Shown: positions 7,396 to 15,303 of the stretch, piece after piece
Position numbering within the stretch: the stretch's first letter is position 1
Layout of the letters: each line of letters starts with the position of its first letter
Source: a phage
NCBI GenBank assembly: GCA_036253495.1
Contig: GCA_036253495.1_4125.1
Length of the DNA: 64,000 bases
Direction: 5' to 3' (one strand)
The notes under the pieces: generated by a model
Seen by the model: only the letters and a program-made list of their open reading frames with translations
Databases searched by the model: none
What the model was told of the DNA's origin: nothing
Made by a program: the position numbers and the translations under genes

Positions 7396-7457
7396 TTGCA
7401 TAGTACTTAGTAAAGTGTATAATGTTTTACATAGAGAGGGGGAAATGGTTCTCCCTC
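7396..7457 (+). promoter_or_regulatory. early promoter + leader hairpin
   Basis: TTGCAT 7396-7401, N16, TATAAT 7418-7423; hairpin 7436-7457. Confidence 0.7.
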
Positions 7458-7477
7458 CTAAATTAAGGAGTTTTATC

Positions 7478-7879
7478 ATGACCTTCTCAATCACTTCTTA
7501 CGCTGACGTTTTAGTACTGGCTCGGACTTTTGGTAAAGATGCACTGGAGTACGCTGTAAGTAATGGTACTATCCAACCGGAGCAGTGCCGCATCATTGGA
7601 AACTGCAAACGTTGGGCGGTATCCAATACTATTGCACTGGAAAACTTCAACGATGGCAACAATGAATATTCTGTTGATGTAGTATTCGAAGCCGTTGATC
7701 TCGGCGGTATCTATAACACTAACCTGAATGATGTGCGTATCGTTCGCACGGGGTTCGGTGCTTATGATGTATCTATTCGTGAAGCTATGAACACCGGATA
7801 CATTAGCAAGGACTTACTTGCTCACATCATGCAGCTGTGGACGGAACGTAACGAAGCACGCACTATCTTAGGACTGTAA
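7478..7879 (+). CDS. hypothetical protein, 133 aa
   Basis: start re-set from 7415; SD AAGGAG. Confidence 0.7.
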   Translation: MTFSITSYADVLVLARTFGKDALEYAVSNGTIQPEQCRIIGNCKRWAVSNTIALENFNDGNNEYSVDVVFEAVDLGGIYNTNLNDVRIVRTGFGAYDVSIREAMNTGYISKDLLAHIMQLWTERNEARTILGL

Positions 7880-7947
7880 GCATTACACATCACCAAACAT
7901 CATAGGCCGCTCTCTAGCGGCCTTAACTATATCAGGAGTACACACAC

Positions 7948-8157
7948 ATGATCTATACAGTATACAGCGTTCTAGGTACTATTGCAGGCGTACACGATAA
8001 CGTCAATGATGCTATGCGTACAGTACTGCAACAGGTTCCACTAAAGCCTAAGACTATTAAGCAGATGACAGCACGACTAACCAGGGCAAAGGCTGGCGGT
8101 GAAGTCTGGCAGGACTACGCGGATACGCAGATTATCATTGCAGTAAGTAATGATTAA
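7948..8157 (+). CDS. hypothetical protein, 69 aa
   Basis: track ORF; SD CAGGAG; preceded by hairpin AGGCCGC/GCGGCCT 7904-7923. Confidence 0.6.
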   Translation: MIYTVYSVLGTIAGVHDNVNDAMRTVLQQVPLKPKTIKQMTARLTRAKAGGEVWQDYADTQIIIAVSND

Positions 8158-8201
8158 TGAATTAAATGATTCAGTACTAAAACTATTAGTCAGAAAATAA
8201 T

Positions 8202-8230
8202 CGGTGCATTTTTAAAATGCATCGTTTTTT
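8202..8230 (+). terminator. rho-independent terminator closing the small-gene region
   Basis: CGGTGCATTT/AAATGCATCG stem followed by T6. Confidence 0.75.
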
Positions 8231-8339
8231 ATTTTAACCAGTACACTATAACGTATGAAATAGTTTCGACCTGTTATTATAACTTAGGGCAACTAGGGGC
8301 GGGTAATTGCTTAGCTCGTGTGAAGGGGTTCATAGGGTA

Positions 8340-8367
8340 TTGACTTTTTATATGAATCGTGTATTAT
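8340..8367 (+). promoter_or_regulatory. promoter of the family A array
   Basis: TTGACT 8340-8345, N16, TATTAT 8362-8367. Confidence 0.6.
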
Positions 8368-8397
8368 ATGATTGATATTAATTTTAAGGGAGTCCCT

Positions 8398-8595
8398 ATG
8401 CGTATTTTAACACAAGAAGAGCATCACGAAAGACTTATCAATAACATGGCTATGATAATGTATAAGTCTCATAAACGTGGTAATGCCTATAAACGTGAAT
8501 TAGTTATGGAACTATTCTTAGGAACTAACTTACAAAATGAATATGTTAAACTATATGTAAAAGAGTTATGTTTAGAGATAAATGGTAAACTATGA
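8398..8595 (+). CDS. family A (LGTNYQ-motif) paralog A1, 65 aa
   Basis: start re-set from 8359; SD AAGGGAG; motif FLGTNLQNEY; ATGA overlap with A2. Confidence 0.7.
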   Translation: MRILTQEEHHERLINNMAMIMYKSHKRGNAYKRELVMELFLGTNLQNEYVKLYVKELCLEINGKL

Positions 8596-8792
8596 AAATG
8601 CGTACATTAACTCAAGATGAATATCATCATATACTACGTAAAAACACGGCAAGAATTTACCAAAGCAATGTGCACTTAGAAAGAGTTGAGTTGTACCTGT
8701 TGATTACGATGGGAACAAACTATCAGGAAGTGTGGATAACTCACTATTTGGAATCTTTGAAAGCTGACATACGAGCTAGGAGAAAACTATGA
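8592..8792 (+). CDS. family A paralog A2, 66 aa
   Basis: motif TMGTNYQEVW; ATGA junctions; about 80% aa identity to A3. Confidence 0.75.
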   Translation: MKMRTLTQDEYHHILRKNTARIYQSNVHLERVELYLLITMGTNYQEVWITHYLESLKADIRARRKL

Positions 8793-8989
8793 AAATGCGT
8801 ACATTAACCGAAAAAGAATATCAAGCTCTACTACGTAAAAACATGGTAAGGATTTACCAAAGCGATGTGCACTTAGAAAGAGTTGAGTTGTACCTTTTGA
8901 TTACAATGGGAACCAACTATCAGGAAGCATTGATATCGAAATATTTGGAATCTTTGAAAGCTGACATACGAGCGAGGTGCAAACATTGA
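8789..8989 (+). CDS. family A paralog A3, 66 aa
   Basis: motif TMGTNYQEAL; long DNA stretches identical to A2. Confidence 0.75.
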   Translation: MKMRTLTEKEYQALLRKNMVRIYQSDVHLERVELYLLITMGTNYQEALISKYLESLKADIRARCKH

Positions 8990-9195
8990 AAATCATAACA
9001 CAGACACAAGCATTTGGTCGTATATTGAAATACCTTGATGACATGATAGATATACATAGTGACCTCCCTAAAACTGTAATCGACGCCAAAAGAGCAGAAT
9101 ATCGCATGATGGCTGTACTGAACACAAACTTTCAGGAAGAGTATGTCAATGATTGGATTGGATTTTTAATTGAAGATATAAAGAGTAAACTATGA
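8977..9195 (+). CDS. family A paralog A4 (non-ATG start)
   Basis: motif VLNTNFQEEY; GTG 8977 or, by family alignment, TTG 8986 forming TTGA overlap with A3 stop. Confidence 0.6.
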   Translation: MQTLKIITQTQAFGRILKYLDDMIDIHSDLPKTVIDAKRAEYRMMAVLNTNFQEEYVNDWIGFLIEDIKSKL

Positions 9196-9404
9196 TTATA
9201 TTAACACCAGAGCAATATAGGAAACGTTACAATTCTAAGCAGATTGAAATCTTGCTGATATATGCAGACAGGGATGATGTATACTTATCAAAAGTTATGG
9301 AAAAAGAATTACTTATGGGTGTCTTCTTAGGAACTGACCACCAGAAATCTTATGTCCAAGAGTATCTAATAGCTCTTGAGAAATACATCAGGAGTAAACT
9401 ATGA
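9192..9404 (+). CDS. family A paralog A5, 70 aa
   Basis: motif FLGTDHQKSY; ATGA overlap. Confidence 0.7.
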   Translation: MIILTPEQYRKRYNSKQIEILLIYADRDDVYLSKVMEKELLMGVFLGTDHQKSYVQEYLIALEKYIRSKL

Positions 9405-9625
9405 ACTGCATTAATAACTTTGAATACGAGGCTCGCTCAAGGTGTGCATCTCAAAAAGAGAACCACATTTACTTCACTATGATGTACTTATCTTGGAATG
9501 AAATTGAAGAAATGGTTGCTGAAGTATGGCTGTTTGAATTCATGGGGACGCAGTATCAGAATAGGTTTGTGGGTGAGTATCTTAATGTTCTTATGAAACA
9601 TATAGAAAGAAAGGGAATGAACTAA
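9401..9625 (+). CDS. family A paralog A6, 74 aa
   Basis: motif FMGTQYQNRF; ATGA overlap. Confidence 0.7.
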   Translation: MNCINNFEYEARSRCASQKENHIYFTMMYLSWNEIEEMVAEVWLFEFMGTQYQNRFVGEYLNVLMKHIERKGMN

Positions 9626-9876
9626 TGAAAGTATTATCAAGCACTGAGTATCAATCTGCCCTATTCTCTTTACTAAACACCCTTCGCAAGAACAATGAAC
9701 TTTATCCTTCCCCTGAGAATGATGTAGTTAATGGTGACGTGTTTCTACTTAAATTCGTTGGAACTAATAAACAAGATATCTTCACTGATCGTTATATCAA
9801 TGCACTAAGAAACCTTGTAGCGTATAAAACCCGCCAGGCCAAAAGAGAATGGAAGAGACAATGCGATCCAGAATAA
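9625..9876 (+). CDS. family A paralog A7, 83 aa
   Basis: motif FVGTNKQDIF; TAATG overlap. Confidence 0.7.
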   Translation: MKVLSSTEYQSALFSLLNTLRKNNELYPSPENDVVNGDVFLLKFVGTNKQDIFTDRYINALRNLVAYKTRQAKREWKRQCDPE

Positions 9877-10109
9877 ATCACATCATGTACGTTAAACTAT
9901 TTCAGAAACTAATCCACAAACACTATGATACAGTATCTGATAAACTCACTAATGATATCAGCAGACTTATTCACTGTGAAGCAGAGATGCTTGTACTGAT
10001 GACGGGAGACGATACACAAACAATCTCTAAGGCAATAGAGAACTATCTGGAAGCATATCAACAACATATAAGAACGGAAGTCTGGAGACGAGAGAATGAA
10101 AATCCTTAG
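9849..10109 (+). CDS. family A paralog A8 (divergent)
   Basis: degenerate motif LMTGDDTQTI; alternative start ATG 9861. Confidence 0.5.
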   Translation: MEETMRSRINHIMYVKLFQKLIHKHYDTVSDKLTNDISRLIHCEAEMLVLMTGDDTQTISKAIENYLEAYQQHIRTEVWRRENENP

Positions 10110-10311
10110 TGGGTATGAATATTACAGGCTGTTGCGAACTATACAAGCAAAAGTTTCTAGTATTTCTTTAAACAAATCTATTGCACAAGTGGACAAATGT
10201 GTTATAATAACTGAAATGAAGCTATCTATCTTCATTGGGACAAACTATCAAAGCATCTACACTGACGCATGGTTAGCAAGTCTACGTAACAAGGTGATAT
10301 CCAGAGAATGA
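10096..10311 (+). CDS. family A paralog A9, 71 aa
   Basis: motif FIGTNYQSIY. Confidence 0.7.
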   Translation: MKILSGYEYYRLLRTIQAKVSSISLNKSIAQVDKCVIITEMKLSIFIGTNYQSIYTDAWLASLRNKVISRE

Positions 10312-10526
10312 AAAAATTACAAGGTTTTGAATATATTAAGCTTCTGCAAACCTGTGAAATCCAAAGAAGAAAGATTCAAAAGGCTAAAAGAATTACCGCA
10401 GAACGAAAGTTTACACTGATAACTGAAGTCTATGTAGAGGCACTCTTAGGCACAAACTATCAACAAACGTATATAGACCTATGGATTGATGCACTCCAGA
10501 AAGAGGTTAAAAGTAAATGCAAATGA
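10308..10526 (+). CDS. family A paralog A10, 72 aa
   Basis: motif LLGTNYQQTY; ATGA overlap. Confidence 0.7.
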   Translation: MKKLQGFEYIKLLQTCEIQRRKIQKAKRITAERKFTLITEVYVEALLGTNYQQTYIDLWIDALQKEVKSKCK

Positions 10527-10741
10527 TTAATTTAAGTAAAGATGAATATTATGTACGTCTTGCAAAAACTTATTCATTACGCAAGGCCATTTATGAAAGT
10601 CACATTATTGAACAATCAAATAAGTGGATTGTAGTAAATGAAATCAAGATGCTTTCAGTCTTAGGAACAAACTATCAAGCGAGTGCTGTACTGAAGGTCA
10701 TTAATGCACTTCAAAATGAGGTCCAAAGTAAATGCAAATGA
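10517..10741 (+). CDS. family A paralog A11, 74 aa
   Basis: motif VLGTNYQASA; junction AAATGCAAATGA. Confidence 0.7.
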   Translation: MQMINLSKDEYYVRLAKTYSLRKAIYESHIIEQSNKWIVVNEIKMLSVLGTNYQASAVLKVINALQNEVQSKCK

Positions 10742-10995
10742 TCAATTTAAGTCAAGATGAATATAACGAGCGACTTGCAAAAATCTCACCTAAACGTAAT
10801 GCAATCTATCACAGCCAAGAAATTCAACACAGTAAGAAGATGATTATGTTTCGTGAGTTAAAGATGGGTGTCTTCTTAGGAACAAACTATCAAGAGACAG
10901 AAGTAAATCGCGTCATAACCGAGTTACTCATGGAAATCAGAGGTAAGCTGTACTTTCATCAAATGACCCAACCACTGAGGTGTAATGAGAAATGA
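10732..10995 (+). CDS. family A paralog A12, 87 aa
   Basis: motif FLGTNYQETE; junction AAATGCAAATGA; N-terminus close to A11. Confidence 0.7.
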   Translation: MQMINLSQDEYNERLAKISPKRNAIYHSQEIQHSKKMIMFRELKMGVFLGTNYQETEVNRVITELLMEIRGKLYFHQMTQPLRCNEK

Positions 10996-11228
10996 ATAAA
11001 ATTAATAACATCAACTTAGCAGAAAGATTTGATAGAATTGGGGAAGCTCTGAGAAGATACGATAAAGCATATGGTCATTTAAGCTTTACCATAGAAACGA
11101 GATATGCCCTTGAAGAAGAGTTTAAAATGCATAGTCTCTTAGGCACACAGTATCAAAAACAATATGTTCAAAAATGGATTGAATGTTTAATCCAAACAAT
11201 TCATGTGAGGAACATAAAATGCAAATGA
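10992..11228 (+). CDS. family A paralog A13, 78 aa
   Basis: motif LLGTQYQKQY; ATGA overlap. Confidence 0.7.
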   Translation: MNKINNINLAERFDRIGEALRRYDKAYGHLSFTIETRYALEEEFKMHSLLGTQYQKQYVQKWIECLIQTIHVRNIKCK

Positions 11229-11473
11229 TATACTTAACAGACGATGAAATAAAAGAAAGAATAATTAAATCCAGAAAACATACAAATCAACTGCCAAAAG
11301 ACCCAAATCAAACCCCTGCTGAAAGGAGTGCAGAAGTATTATATCAACAACTCCTGTACTTTCTTGGAACTGATAGACAGGATTATTATGTTCGATCGAT
11401 TCTTAGATATCTTAAAATGACTATTCAGGAAAAGATACATGACCAAATATATAAAAATCTTAACAGTCAATGA
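11219..11473 (+). CDS. family A paralog A14, 84 aa
   Basis: start re-set from 11183 to the MQM start at the AAATGCAAATGA junction; motif FLGTDRQDYY. Confidence 0.65.
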   Translation: MQMIYLTDDEIKERIIKSRKHTNQLPKDPNQTPAERSAEVLYQQLLYFLGTDRQDYYVRSILRYLKMTIQEKIHDQIYKNLNSQ

Positions 11474-11690
11474 ATATCATAAGATTATCATGAAGACTAA
11501 TATTGAGAATTCTAAAAAATCAAATACCAAGTACATTCTGGAACACACATTTGAAGAACGACAATTAGCTTTAGTTGAAGCAAAACTTCTTGCACTATTA
11601 GGGACTAACTATCAAGACGAGTACGTAAGAAAACTAATATACCTTTTAACTAAACACATCAGGAAAAGAAATGCAGCACTTGACAGATGA
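11439..11690 (+). CDS. family A paralog A15, 83 aa
   Basis: motif LLGTNYQDEY. Confidence 0.7.
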   Translation: MTKYIKILTVNEYHKIIMKTNIENSKKSNTKYILEHTFEERQLALVEAKLLALLGTNYQDEYVRKLIYLLTKHIRKRNAALDR

Positions 11691-11880
11691 CGAATACGGT
11701 GTTATCATCCTTGATGTTATCAATAAAGAATACCATAGGAAACAACGATACGCTTGTTATGAAGATAAACAGCTTTCTATAGCTGAACAACAATTAGTTC
11801 ATTTATTAGGAACAAACTATCAAGAACAATGCACTGAACGTTACCTGTATCTACTGTCGAGGAAAACACAAAGATTATGA
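11671..11880 (+). CDS. family A paralog A16, 69 aa
   Basis: motif LLGTNYQEQC. Confidence 0.7.
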   Translation: MQHLTDDEYGVIILDVINKEYHRKQRYACYEDKQLSIAEQQLVHLLGTNYQEQCTERYLYLLSRKTQRL

Positions 11881-12092
11881 AAATTTTAAGCGAAGGTGAT
11901 GAAGTAATATTACTTATAGAGAATTCAAGTAAATTCTTAAACATATCACTGTCTGATATAGATGAAGATGACAAAGAAGTACTGAGAGCAGATTTAAGAG
12001 TACTGTTACATCTCGGAACAAACCTACAAGAACAATTTGTTGAGGACTACATCAATGAACTTAAAGAATCAGTACTGAGAAGATGCAAATGA
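11877..12092 (+). CDS. family A paralog A17, 71 aa
   Basis: motif HLGTNLQEQF; ATGA overlap. Confidence 0.7.
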   Translation: MKILSEGDEVILLIENSSKFLNISLSDIDEDDKEVLRADLRVLLHLGTNLQEQFVEDYINELKESVLRRCK

Positions 12093-12325
12093 AAATCATT
12101 TCACCTACTGAATACAACCAACTATTAAGTAGTTTAATTCCAAAGTTGCATCGTAGCTGGTCAGCAGAATTATCACAGGATGAAAAAAATATTCTAATAA
12201 GTGAAATCTATGTTCTAGCTACTATAGGAACTAACTATCAAGAACACATCATCGTGGATTATATTAATACACTTAAAAGGGTAATACAATTAAAATGCAC
12301 AGACAGCACATACACAAACCCCTAG
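12083..12325 (+). CDS. family A paralog A18, 80 aa
   Basis: motif TIGTNYQEHI; junction GATGCAAATGA. Confidence 0.7.
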   Translation: MQMKIISPTEYNQLLSSLIPKLHRSWSAELSQDEKNILISEIYVLATIGTNYQEHIIVDYINTLKRVIQLKCTDSTYTNP

Positions 12326-12525
12326 GAACAGCAGAATACATTGAACTAATGGCAGCAAACTTCTCATCCTTTCAGAAACTGAGGCAAGAATCAAATAATG
12401 ATTTAGAATATCATATCAAAAGTTCAGATTTAAGATTGTTACTCACTCTAGGAACAGACAGTCAGTACAAATTCGTACAGGAGCATATTAGAGCACTTTT
12501 AAATGGCATCAGGGATAAACTATGA
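12295..12525 (+). CDS. family A paralog A19, 76 aa
   Basis: motif TLGTDSQYKF. Confidence 0.65.
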   Translation: MHRQHIHKPLGTAEYIELMAANFSSFQKLRQESNNDLEYHIKSSDLRLLLTLGTDSQYKFVQEHIRALLNGIRDKL

Positions 12526-12737
12526 AGGAAATATCAAATCAAGAGTACTTGGCACTATTCAGAAAAAATAAGAAAGAATTTATTGTACTTGATACAAGAA
12601 CTGATATAGGGGAACTTGAAAAAAATCTTTTGCGTTCAGATATGATAGTACTGATACTCTTAGGAACACAGCATCAAGAAAGAACTGTTAATTCACACAT
12701 AGAAATACTTAAGAAGCTTATACAGGAAAAGTTATGA
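12522..12737 (+). CDS. family A paralog A20, 71 aa
   Basis: motif LLGTQHQERT; ATGA overlap. Confidence 0.7.
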   Translation: MKEISNQEYLALFRKNKKEFIVLDTRTDIGELEKNLLRSDMIVLILLGTQHQERTVNSHIEILKKLIQEKL

Positions 12738-12955
12738 GAATCATAACACAAAAAGATATGTTTAAGTTAGCAAGGGATCATGCATCTGAAATTGATGCTA
12801 TAGTATCAAAAAGTTACAATGACCCTTATACACAAGATGTACACTACAATGAATTATGGGTGTATATACTTTTAGATACAAATTATCAAGAGCAAGCAGT
12901 ACAGAGGTATTTGAGTGCTTTAAGTACTGCTACTGCTAATGGAATAGGTGTTTAA
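12734..12955 (+). CDS. family A paralog A21, 73 aa
   Basis: motif LLDTNYQEQA; ATGA overlap. Confidence 0.7.
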   Translation: MRIITQKDMFKLARDHASEIDAIVSKSYNDPYTQDVHYNELWVYILLDTNYQEQAVQRYLSALSTATANGIGV

Positions 12956-12957
12956 AA

Positions 12958-13299
12958 ATGAAAACTAATATTCAACTTAAGGTTTATAAATCATTTGCAA
13001 GTACATATATCAAATGCAGTCTATGTAAAGATGTAATGGACTACAAAGGTAAGCCATTCACGATTACTTACGATTCTACAAGAGGTTTTTATATATCTTT
13101 TGCTGATTACAAATATAACATGTACGAACACATTGACATTGAAGATTTAAGTACTTTATCTGAAGAAGAATACTTTCAAGAATCATTAGTATGGGATTTA
13201 GAGTTTCCTATGCCATTGGTACATAAGATGATAGTACTAATAAAAGAAACTAAACAGGAGCCTAATAGTGCTTATGAAGAACACATTATTGAGTACTGA
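12958..13299 (+). CDS. family B (FQ-motif) paralog B1, short form, 113 aa
   Basis: motif EEEYFQESLVWD. Confidence 0.75.
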   Translation: MKTNIQLKVYKSFASTYIKCSLCKDVMDYKGKPFTITYDSTRGFYISFADYKYNMYEHIDIEDLSTLSEEEYFQESLVWDLEFPMPLVHKMIVLIKETKQEPNSAYEEHIIEY

Positions 13300-13302
13300 A
13301 CC

Positions 13303-13533
13303 ATGAAAAGATTATCATTCGAAGAGTACTGCAAGCTTATTAATACTTTACAACCACAAATAAAACAAATAAATTCTCTTCCTATATCCCAAGAAGAACG
13401 TGCAGTACTGAAAGATGAGTTAATTTTAAAATGCACAGTAGGTACTAACTATCAAGCTGATAGTGTTCGTTATCTAATTTGGGGTTTAATGTGCATAATA
13501 GAGAACAAAGCAGTTGACAGTACTCTAATGTAG
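13303..13533 (+). CDS. family A paralog A22, 76 aa
   Basis: motif TVGTNYQADS. Confidence 0.7.
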   Translation: MKRLSFEEYCKLINTLQPQIKQINSLPISQEERAVLKDELILKCTVGTNYQADSVRYLIWGLMCIIENKAVDSTLM

Positions 13534-13542
13534 TGCTATAGT
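13514..13542 (+). promoter_or_regulatory. sigma70-like promoter
   Basis: TTGACA 13514-13519, N17, TATAGT 13537-13542. Confidence 0.6.
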
Positions 13543-13582
13543 GTCAGTACTTTTTCGAGCGTTAAAATATAGGGTACAGATT

Positions 13583-13828
13583 ATGTTAAAATTTTTAAAT
13601 TTCCTTATCGTCTTGTGTATTGTTCTTGGGATTGCACCGTTTGTATTAGCGTATCTGGATTCAGATGAAATGCACAAGATGAATTGCACAAAGACAGGAC
13701 AGAGTAGAAAAGAGACGGTTATGATGCCCGTAACGGTTATTGTGAATAACATGCCGATTACAAACATGGTCCCTACCCTAACGACAACGTACCAGTACTC
13801 TTGTGATGACGGAGAGAGGTGGAGATAA
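13583..13828 (+). CDS. small membrane-anchored protein, 81 aa
   Basis: start re-set from 13541; N-terminal MLKFLNFLIVLCIVLGIAPFVLAYL hydrophobic helix. Confidence 0.55.
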   Translation: MLKFLNFLIVLCIVLGIAPFVLAYLDSDEMHKMNCTKTGQSRKETVMMPVTVIVNNMPITNMVPTLTTTYQYSCDDGERWR

Positions 13829-13835
13829 TGCGATA

Positions 13836-14162
13836 ATGCGTAAGATCAATTGTATAAAAAGAGCGAATACATGTTTCATTGCGTTGACCAATGTACCGGG
13901 TGGGTCTGGTGTTAAGATATTTGAGTACAATAAAGTTGATAATTGTTTCTATTGGGTAGAAGGTATCAAATCATATGAAAATACGATAGCAGTACCGAAT
14001 CTAGTTGATATCTCTGAAGAAGAAGAGTTTCAGTACATGTTAGTACACGATGATTCTTTTGGGTTGACATACAAAGAGATGAAGGAAGTACAAAGGCAGA
14101 TGATATCATGTATGAATATTTCTAAGCATTTCCTTCAAAATATTCATCCAATTTACGTATAA
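13836..14162 (+). CDS. family B paralog B2, short form, 108 aa
   Basis: motif EEEEFQYMLVHD; ATG 13836 chosen by alignment with B1/B3 N-termini (track GTG 13803). Confidence 0.65.
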   Translation: MRKINCIKRANTCFIALTNVPGGSGVKIFEYNKVDNCFYWVEGIKSYENTIAVPNLVDISEEEEFQYMLVHDDSFGLTYKEMKEVQRQMISCMNISKHFLQNIHPIYV

Positions 14163-14171
14163 GAGATTAAT

Positions 14172-14507
14172 ATGAAATTCAACATTCATAGAATTAATTC
14201 CGGTTGTATATTTGCTTATACGCATGAGAATTACAAGAAGTACATGAATCATGAAGTACATTATGTTTTTGAGGACGGTAAAGAATATTTTGCTTATTTG
14301 AGTCCCAGGAGTTTAGGTAAGTACGAGTTGCTTCAGGATCTTTCTCTTATGCAGGAAGATGAATTATTTCAGTACAGTCTAATTCATGACCCTTATATGT
14401 TTGATATAGATATTATGTGCAGTTTACAGAAGAGGATGAAAGAAGTTTGGGATTCGATTAAAAGAGGTGATTGTATAGAATATGATAGTATACAAGAAGA
14501 TGCCTAA
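14172..14507 (+). CDS. family B paralog B3, short form, 111 aa
   Basis: motif EDELFQYSLIHD. Confidence 0.75.
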   Translation: MKFNIHRINSGCIFAYTHENYKKYMNHEVHYVFEDGKEYFAYLSPRSLGKYELLQDLSLMQEDELFQYSLIHDPYMFDIDIMCSLQKRMKEVWDSIKRGDCIEYDSIQEDA

Positions 14508-14700
14508 CGGATATGAATTGAAGTACAGACATTTTATTCGAAATGTAGATTCAGATCCTTTTAATGTTAAAATGGCAGAGTTCGATTTATTATTTTATCT
14601 AGGAACGAGAGCACAGCCACAATTCGTTGATGCATACATAAGGGCTTTACGAACAGAGATAGTATGCACACCAAAGGAGTCTAAATGTACAAAAATGTAA
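14500..14700 (+). CDS. family A paralog A23, 66 aa
   Basis: motif YLGTRAQPQF; ATG 14500 fits family length (track 14482). Confidence 0.6.
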   Translation: MPNGYELKYRHFIRNVDSDPFNVKMAEFDLLFYLGTRAQPQFVDAYIRALRTEIVCTPKESKCTKM

Positions 14701-14942
14701 ACCATCATTTGTACGCATCAAAGTACAGGGATTTTTGTTTACAAGGGGGCGATGAAGATTTTGCTTTGCGATTATCGGAATTTAATATGTTATTTTATCT
14801 TGGTACATCAGTACAAGAAGAAATGGTACAGAAATTTATCAAGCACCTTGAACGAAAAATTCATACGCAAATTTTGGTTGTTAAGTTACAGAATGAGATA
14901 AATGAATACAATGCAGAATCTAACAATAGTACAGGATCTTAG
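14685..14942 (+). CDS. family A paralog A24, 85 aa
   Basis: motif YLGTSVQEEM. Confidence 0.65.
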   Translation: MYKNVNHHLYASKYRDFCLQGGDEDFALRLSEFNMLFYLGTSVQEEMVQKFIKHLERKIHTQILVVKLQNEINEYNAESNNSTGS

Positions 14943-15303
14943 ACCAGTAATAATGATGTTAAATGCAAGACGAGATTTATGGCACGAAATGCATAACAAG
15001 AAGGATTCATTTGCACAAATCAATTTAGTCTTTCAGGAGTTAATCCAGAGTGCATTGGATGTTATTGAACCAAAATACAAAGATGGTATATTCTGTGTAA
15101 AGAATGCAGTTCGTCCTCATGCAATTCCAAGGAAAATTAAGTTAGCTAGATTAACATTTGACGAGAGGGATTTCTTCAGTTATAATCCCAGTACAGCTTT
15201 ATATTTTATTCCTGATTCAGACAAATATCATCCTATCCATTACGGATGGATTATGTCTTATATAGTAAATGAAACGGAATACCCTATTAAATGGGAAAGA
15301 TGA
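14902..15303 (+). CDS. hypothetical protein, about 130 aa (start uncertain)
   Basis: track ORF; no family motif. Confidence 0.55.
   Translation: MNTMQNLTIVQDLRPVIMMLNARRDLWHEMHNKKDSFAQINLVFQELIQSALDVIEPKYKDGIFCVKNAVRPHAIPRKIKLARLTFDERDFFSYNPSTALYFIPDSDKYHPIHYGWIMSYIVNETEYPIKWER

Noticed and set aside
8398-12955. Regular repeat units of about 200-230 bp with a conserved core, which could be a CRISPR-like or satellite array
   Set aside because: Each unit is a complete ORF with start/stop coupling. The conserved core is a coding motif (LGTNYQ) with synonymous and amino-acid variation. There are no short exact direct repeats separated by unique spacers.
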